Below are positions 59,317-64,000 of a DNA stretch of 64,000 nt, piece after piece. The position numbers and the translations under genes were made by a program. The notes below the pieces were generated by a model. The model did not search any database. It worked only from the letters and a program-made list of their open reading frames with translations, and was not told the DNA's origin. The DNA is taken from the IMG/VR virus record IMGVR_UViG_3300032220_000699, positions 1-64,000 of that record; one strand, 5' to 3'. Origin of the DNA: a virus. Within the stretch, counting starts at the first letter, position 1, and every line of letters begins with the position of its first letter.

Positions 59317-59892
59317 TTACCAGTCCAAATTACCAGTGATTGCTACATTATCGAGAGTTGAGTCAAATTGTTGTTTGGTAACAGGATGCATAGGCTGCGT
59401 CGCGTTATCAGACAGAATCAGCTCACCATAAAGTATATCACCAAATTTACTTATTTTATTGCCTAGTTCATTGTCAACATATAACTTTGTTGCCAACAAA
59501 GAAGTATCTACTTGTCCTATTTCAGCAACTTTAGAATCAACATAAGTCTTAGTTGCTATAAGTGACAGATCTAGACCATTGATCTCCGCAATAAGATCAT
59601 TAACATATTGTTTTGTAACGACATGATTATTATCAATAGGTGTAGTAAGTAACGCAAGATTACCAAGCATACTATCGCCTGATTTACTAACCTTTGAAAG
59701 TAATCTATTATCTACATAAGTTTTTGTTGTGTAACTGGTATTAATAGCATTTAAAGTATTTTCAATACTATCTAATCTAGTAGCTACTTCTTCAATATTG
59801 AAGCTACCAAGACCAAGAACACCCTCTATATTTTTGATCTTTTTAAATAGATCAGTCTTATCAAAATAGAAAGGATCTGTAGGTGTGTCCAT
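59317..59892 (-). CDS. Short fibre-repeat protein
   Basis: KVSKSGDSM.G.L.L...P....VVTKQYV and ATK.YVD repeats of the same family as the 1779-aa fibre. Confidence 0.7.
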   Translation of the reverse strand: MDTPTDPFYFDKTDLFKKIKNIEGVLGLGSFNIEEVATRLDSIENTLNAINTSYTTKTYVDNRLLSKVSKSGDSMLGNLALLTTPIDNNHVVTKQYVNDLIAEINGLDLSLIATKTYVDSKVAEIGQVDTSLLATKLYVDNELGNKISKFGDILYGELILSDNATQPMHPVTKQQFDSTLDNVAITGNLDW

Positions 59893-59926
59893 TTTAACCT
59901 CAGTTTAATATATAAATTCAAAAAAT

Positions 59927-59960
59927 TCACTCTACCAGGTTATTAAGCCTGGTAGAGTGA
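59927..59960 (-). terminator. Terminator abutting a late motif
   Basis: 13-14-bp stem, with ATTTTTTGA immediately downstream at 59918-59926. Confidence 0.75.
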
Positions 59961-59965
59961 CTATT

Positions 59966-60955
59966 TTATGCAGGTAAAGCTGTCATCATATCAAGAAAAT
60001 ATGCTTGTGTTAAGCGGTATGTTGAACCGACAACACGATGATCGTTGTATAATTGAATGTCAGTAAATGACATATTAGAAATTAAGTGTTGATTGTAATA
60101 AGCATCTTGAAGATACACAGTCCATTTTGTATCATTATTTTTCTTTTTAAAGTATTCACCAATTTTACCATATCCAACAAGAATAGGCATTGTGGGTTCA
60201 ACTTCAGTTCTAAAGTTTCCCGGAACATTACTATGCTCTAGATATATTTTATTTAATGCAAGTCCATCAATTGGAAGACTAACTAAGAAAGAGTTAAAGC
60301 TAGTAAGAAATGCAATAACAGCTGCATCTGATCTAGCCATACCGGCATCAATGACAGAAGGATTATTAATCGATGTAGGAATATTCAGCTCAGTGAAAAT
60401 ATCTCTATAACGATTTAATTCATATAGCTTTTCAATATAATTAAGACGATCCAATCTTAAAGCAAAAGATCTATCTGAAACACGATAAAAGAACTCAGGA
60501 TTTTCAAACACCATATATCCACAAATCATAAGGATAGGTGATTGAATTTCTTCATCAAAAGTGATAATCGCTTTCTCGTAAAGAGTAAATGGTGCTTCAG
60601 GAGTCACCATGCTAATATTGATAGGTTTCTTAACCATAGGGTTATCTAACTTATTAAAGCTTATAATTCCGATATGATTGGAACGAGCTTTAAGCATAGA
60701 CTTAGTTGCGTTAGCAATAAATAATCTGTTATCAATAAGTTCAGTTGGATAAATATACCCATTGACACTTAATAAACATTTATTATGAAGATCAGCCATT
60801 TCCGTGAAGGTATTAGGACGAGTGATCTCAATGTCAGGGAAATTATCTTTATGGTAATAAGCTAACTCATCGTAATTGTTAAAACCAATCTTACAGATAT
60901 TAAACTTATAACCAGCTGTATTAGCAAGTTGGTAGTTAAAATGTTTTTGGGTCAT
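59966..60955 (-). CDS. Virion structural protein (phiKZ-type)
   Basis: 329 aa with a CLLSVNGY.YP motif recalled from phiKZ-like structural proteins. Confidence 0.6.
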   Translation of the reverse strand: MTQKHFNYQLANTAGYKFNICKIGFNNYDELAYYHKDNFPDIEITRPNTFTEMADLHNKCLLSVNGYIYPTELIDNRLFIANATKSMLKARSNHIGIISFNKLDNPMVKKPINISMVTPEAPFTLYEKAIITFDEEIQSPILMICGYMVFENPEFFYRVSDRSFALRLDRLNYIEKLYELNRYRDIFTELNIPTSINNPSVIDAGMARSDAAVIAFLTSFNSFLVSLPIDGLALNKIYLEHSNVPGNFRTEVEPTMPILVGYGKIGEYFKKKNNDTKWTVYLQDAYYNQHLISNMSFTDIQLYNDHRVVGSTYRLTQAYFLDMMTALPA

Positions 60956-60963
60956 GACAGATC

Positions 60964-61332
60964 CTAGAGAGCAAGAAGTTTGAGAACATTACCGAACATG
61001 GAAATGAGTCCATTCAGACTGTCATTAACCTTAAATAGAGCAGCAACCAATAGAACAATAACAACAGTCAAAAAGAAAACATAAGAAATAGTCTTCAGTT
61101 TGATGTTATGAATTTGAACAATATTATCAGGATCTGTGATCATATTACGATAGTGCATCTGTTCAAGAACAATCTTAAAAACAAACAACTGTTCTTCTTC
61201 AGAAAGAGTGTTCTTAAAAACACCCAATAATCTTTTCAAATACTTGCGCTCTTTATCAGGCATGTTCATGTATTTGACATTTTGTTCTGTAATTTCTTTA
61301 AATGTATCTTTAATTTTTTTACTAACAATCAT
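60964..61332 (-). CDS. Membrane protein, possible holin/antiholin
   Basis: C-terminal hydrophobic helix ISYVFFLTVVIVLLVAALF; near the spanins; late motif upstream. Confidence 0.45.
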   Translation of the reverse strand: MIVSKKIKDTFKEITEQNVKYMNMPDKERKYLKRLLGVFKNTLSEEEQLFVFKIVLEQMHYRNMITDPDNIVQIHNIKLKTISYVFFLTVVIVLLVAALFKVNDSLNGLISMFGNVLKLLAL

Positions 61333-61388
61333 GATGGGTTCTCCTTATATTAGTCAAAAAATGCTTTGGTTCAACTAAGGAGATTAAA

Positions 61389-61709
61389 ATGGAGCTTTTT
61401 AATTATAGCGGTAAGGTAGCTAAAGTTGTTGACGGTGATACAGTTGATGTTGTTCTGGATCTAGGTTTTGAAGTTTATAAGAAAGTTCGTTGTCGTTTAA
61501 ATGGAATTGATTCTCCTGAAACAAATACAGAAGCTGGTAAAATTGCTAAAACTTTTTTAACAACAGAACTTCCTGTTGATACTCCTGTTAAAGTAGCAAG
61601 CAGACTGTATGATAAATATGGTCGTTCTGTTGCAGATATTTATAAAGGAGATGTCAATATTAATCAGTTTATGATTGATTCAGGTCATGCGGTAGTTTAC
61701 AAAGCTTAA
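61389..61709 (+). CDS. Thermonuclease (SNase-like)
   Basis: KVVDGDTV..RCRLNGIDSPE..DKYGRSVA..N..MI..GHA. Confidence 0.88.
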   Translation: MELFNYSGKVAKVVDGDTVDVVLDLGFEVYKKVRCRLNGIDSPETNTEAGKIAKTFLTTELPVDTPVKVASRLYDKYGRSVADIYKGDVNINQFMIDSGHAVVYKA

Positions 61710-61710
61710 A

Positions 61711-61741
61711 AACATCACCAGGGAATAACCCTGGTGATGTT
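61711..61741. terminator. Terminator between convergent genes
   Basis: 13-bp perfect stem with AATAA loop. Confidence 0.8.
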
Positions 61742-61746
61742 CTCAT

Positions 61747-62052
61747 TTATTTTGTTTCACCAGCCACGGGAAGTTTCCTAATCTTCTCCATTCGACCATT
61801 ACACTCTTTGATTGTTCCTAACAGACTAACAGAATAGTCTGTCATAGCTGCTTCACGTTCATGTGGTTTAAGCTTTAAATACTCTTCCTTTACGGGTGGT
61901 TTCTTGGGCACACATGGTTCTGTCAATTCTTCAGGAACTCTTTGTGTGACAACTTTTGTGTCTGTGAATTCAAGTTTGTCGTATTTAGGTGTTGATCCAC
62001 AACCAACCAACACCAGACTGAACAAAATAGTTACGAACAATTGCTTAAGCAT
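61747..62052 (-). CDS. o-spanin (outer-membrane lipoprotein)
   Basis: Signal with lipobox LVLVG|C, Pro-rich C.P..P, and C-terminal I..CN; overlaps the end of the i-spanin. Confidence 0.8.
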   Translation of the reverse strand: MLKQLFVTILFSLVLVGCGSTPKYDKLEFTDTKVVTQRVPEELTEPCVPKKPPVKEEYLKLKPHEREAAMTDYSVSLLGTIKECNGRMEKIRKLPVAGETK

Positions 62053-62552
62053 TTAGGCTCCTTCAAATTTGGAAAGAAAGAATCAAAAACTTCATTAATG
62101 GTATCGGCGTTACTAGCAGATAGTTGGTCATACTCCGTAATAGGAATAGTGATCGTAGTATCTGTCACAACAGTCTTCTTGTTAAGTTGATCAATGGTTG
62201 CTTTATCTTTAGCTTCCTTTTTCTTCTTAGCTTCAATGATATCGTTCTGGATCTTTTCACGCTCTTTAGCAGAATCTACTAGAGCTTTGATCTCAGCTTT
62301 ATGACGAGTCTCTTGAGCAGCTAAGTCGCTTTGAAGATCTTTGTTAACACGTTGGGCTGTTTCAAGCTCGCCTTGCAAACGAGTAACTTCGGCTTTCAGA
62401 TTGGTAGCAGTTTCAAAACCAAACTTAGATAAAATGACACTGGAGTTAGAGAAGAGAAAAACACCGAAGATAATAGCAAAGATACCGATAAAGATACCGG
62501 TAGAACTCATTACTTTATCACCGAAGAAAGTCTTAATTGCTGTCCACCACAT
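62031..62552 (-). CDS. i-spanin
   Basis: N-terminal transmembrane helix followed by coiled coil; 22-nt overlap with the o-spanin. Confidence 0.75.
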   Translation of the reverse strand: MWWTAIKTFFGDKVMSSTGIFIGIFAIIFGVFLFSNSSVILSKFGFETATNLKAEVTRLQGELETAQRVNKDLQSDLAAQETRHKAEIKALVDSAKEREKIQNDIIEAKKKKEAKDKATIDQLNKKTVVTDTTITIPITEYDQLSASNADTINEVFDSFFPNLKEPKCLSNCS

Positions 62553-62573
62553 TCTAAACTCCTTAAAATTTGT

Positions 62574-63137
62574 TTAACTTGTCTTTTCTCCGTCAGCGGC
62601 ACGTTCTTCTAAGACTGACAGATAATGAACAAAACCGATTGCTATAGAATCAATTTCATGTTCAGACAAACCTTCTATTTCCTTAGTGATGATAATTTCT
62701 TTATCTTCACGCTTTTTGTACAAGAACTGCTTGATAACTTCTTTAGAAGCTAAATGTTGTTTAGCGAAAAGCTTTTTAACCAATAAAGGTTCTACAAGCT
62801 TCATTCCCAGTTGATTAGGAATAACAATAAGGTACTTAATCGAGAAGATAACTTCCAATAAAGAACCATATGCCATTGGAGTTAATGCATTATAAAATGG
62901 TGCTTCAATAATCAGAGCATCAATTTTAGGATATGTGGTTAAGATCTCTTTGATCTTATTGATAATCGCCATTACTTTAACTGTGCGATTACCGAAACGA
63001 GTTTCAACGACTTTCTCTTCGTCAGTGAACTTTCTGGCATTCTTAACAAGCCAGGTATCTTTTACTGTGAATTCTGCGTCTAAATCAAGAACGGATAAAC
63101 CGCAATTGTTTATGCCGGGGTCGATACTAAGAATCAT
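62574..63137 (-). CDS. RuvC-like Holliday junction resolvase
   Basis: ILSIDPG...G, IIE.PF and HEIDSIA acidic motifs of the RNase H fold. Confidence 0.8.
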   Translation of the reverse strand: MILSIDPGINNCGLSVLDLDAEFTVKDTWLVKNARKFTDEEKVVETRFGNRTVKVMAIINKIKEILTTYPKIDALIIEAPFYNALTPMAYGSLLEVIFSIKYLIVIPNQLGMKLVEPLLVKKLFAKQHLASKEVIKQFLYKKREDKEIIITKEIEGLSEHEIDSIAIGFVHYLSVLEERAADGEKTS

Positions 63138-63195
63138 TTTAGAAACCTATTTTGGTGTATTTATCAAACAATTTTAGCAAAAATGAAAAATGCCT

Positions 63196-63225
63196 AAGAG
63201 ACTAGGGATTTCTCCCTAGTCTCTT
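63196..63225 (-). terminator. Intrinsic terminator
   Basis: 13-bp perfect stem with GAAA loop on the minus strand. Confidence 0.8.
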
Positions 63226-63232
63226 TTAGTAT

Positions 63233-64000
63233 TTATACAGATTCATTAACCAATAAAGGCTCAACACTACCAATGTCAAGTTCAATCTGGACTTGAGTTG
63301 TATTAGCAGTAAGTGCATGGTATTGTGACAAGAAAGCAGCGACTTGTGCAGAGATAACGTCAGTATAATTACTAACGGTATTTCCAAAGTTACCTTGAAC
63401 TACTTTGTCAACACCATGAACCATAGCGATTTCATTAATAACAGCATAACGAGCATCACCGAACATAATGTCACAAGCTGTCAGAATTTCATTGATATCT
63501 TGTTGATTCAGTGTGAAAGTTGTCTTTGCTGTTGAGACAAGATAATCACCGTTTGGATTGTTCAGATCAACATTACTCAGATCTGGAGCAGTCGGAGAAA
63601 GATCAGACAGAGATGGTGAGAAAGAATTAGTAGTGATAACACCATCGTTGACATTACGCAGCTCAACAGCCGGAGAAATATCATCAATAGTGAGAGCACG
63701 CAGATAATAAGCAACGTACTGATTACCACCAATCGTAACAGGAACACGCAGACGATACTTCAGACGTTCTGTAGAACTCAGATCGTTAGCGATATCACGA
63801 ATCACAAAAGGAATAAAGTTATACAAGCTAGCGTGACGCGGAAGATGCGGAATAGGTGTGGTCAAAACAAAACCAGTTCCAGTTACATCGTAAGTCGCAC
63901 CTTTGTTACCGATACCGATATATCCCAGAACAGGGTATTCACCGACACCAGGAACTTCGCTTGCAAACAAGTTGAACTTCTGATTCAGCGTGCTGTTCGG
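63233..64000 (-). CDS. Virion structural protein, 5'-truncated by the window
   Basis: Frame is open to base 64000 (PNSTLNQKFNLFASE...); motifs recalled from phiKZ-type structural proteins. Confidence 0.6.
   Translation of the reverse strand, partial: PNSTLNQKFNLFASEVPGVGEYPVLGYIGIGNKGATYDVTGTGFVLTTPIPHLPRHASLYNFIPFVIRDIANDLSSTERLKYRLRVPVTIGGNQYVAYYLRALTIDDISPAVELRNVNDGVITTNSFSPSLSDLSPTAPDLSNVDLNNPNGDYLVSTAKTTFTLNQQDINEILTACDIMFGDARYAVINEIAMVHGVDKVVQGNFGNTVSNYTDVISAQVAAFLSQYHALTANTTQVQIELDIGSVEPLLVNESV

Noticed and set aside
1-64000. Stop-codon reassignment, tRNA genes or IS elements
   Set aside because: The standard code already gives dense, full-length genes. I recognised no cloverleaf or transposase by eye, although tRNAscan was not run.

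Overview
This window is a segment of an AT-rich jumbo-phage genome of the phiKZ-like, nucleus-forming type (Chimalliviridae), read in the standard genetic code. Spanins point to a Gram-negative host. It encodes chimallin (ChmA) directly followed by the tubulin PhuZ, a non-virion RNA polymerase beta' subunit, at least two (probably three) virion RNA polymerase subunits, the large terminase, and many virion, tail and fibre proteins. Lysis genes include a signal-peptide lytic transglycosylase and an i-/o-spanin pair; accessory enzymes include two DHH phosphoesterases, a Nudix hydrolase, a thermonuclease-like and a RuvC-like nuclease. The most unusual element is a pair of fibre genes in which a tail-collar domain is split by an array of six-bladed Kelch-like propeller cassettes (4 and 2 cassettes), joined by junctions that are conserved at the DNA level in the 4-cassette gene. 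Other observations worth follow-up: an apparently split gp181-like tail hydrolase with a hairpin in the gap, two recurring promoter motifs (putative early and late), and a structured intergenic RNA or attenuator candidate. All phiKZ orthology calls come from remembered motifs and synteny, not from database searches.
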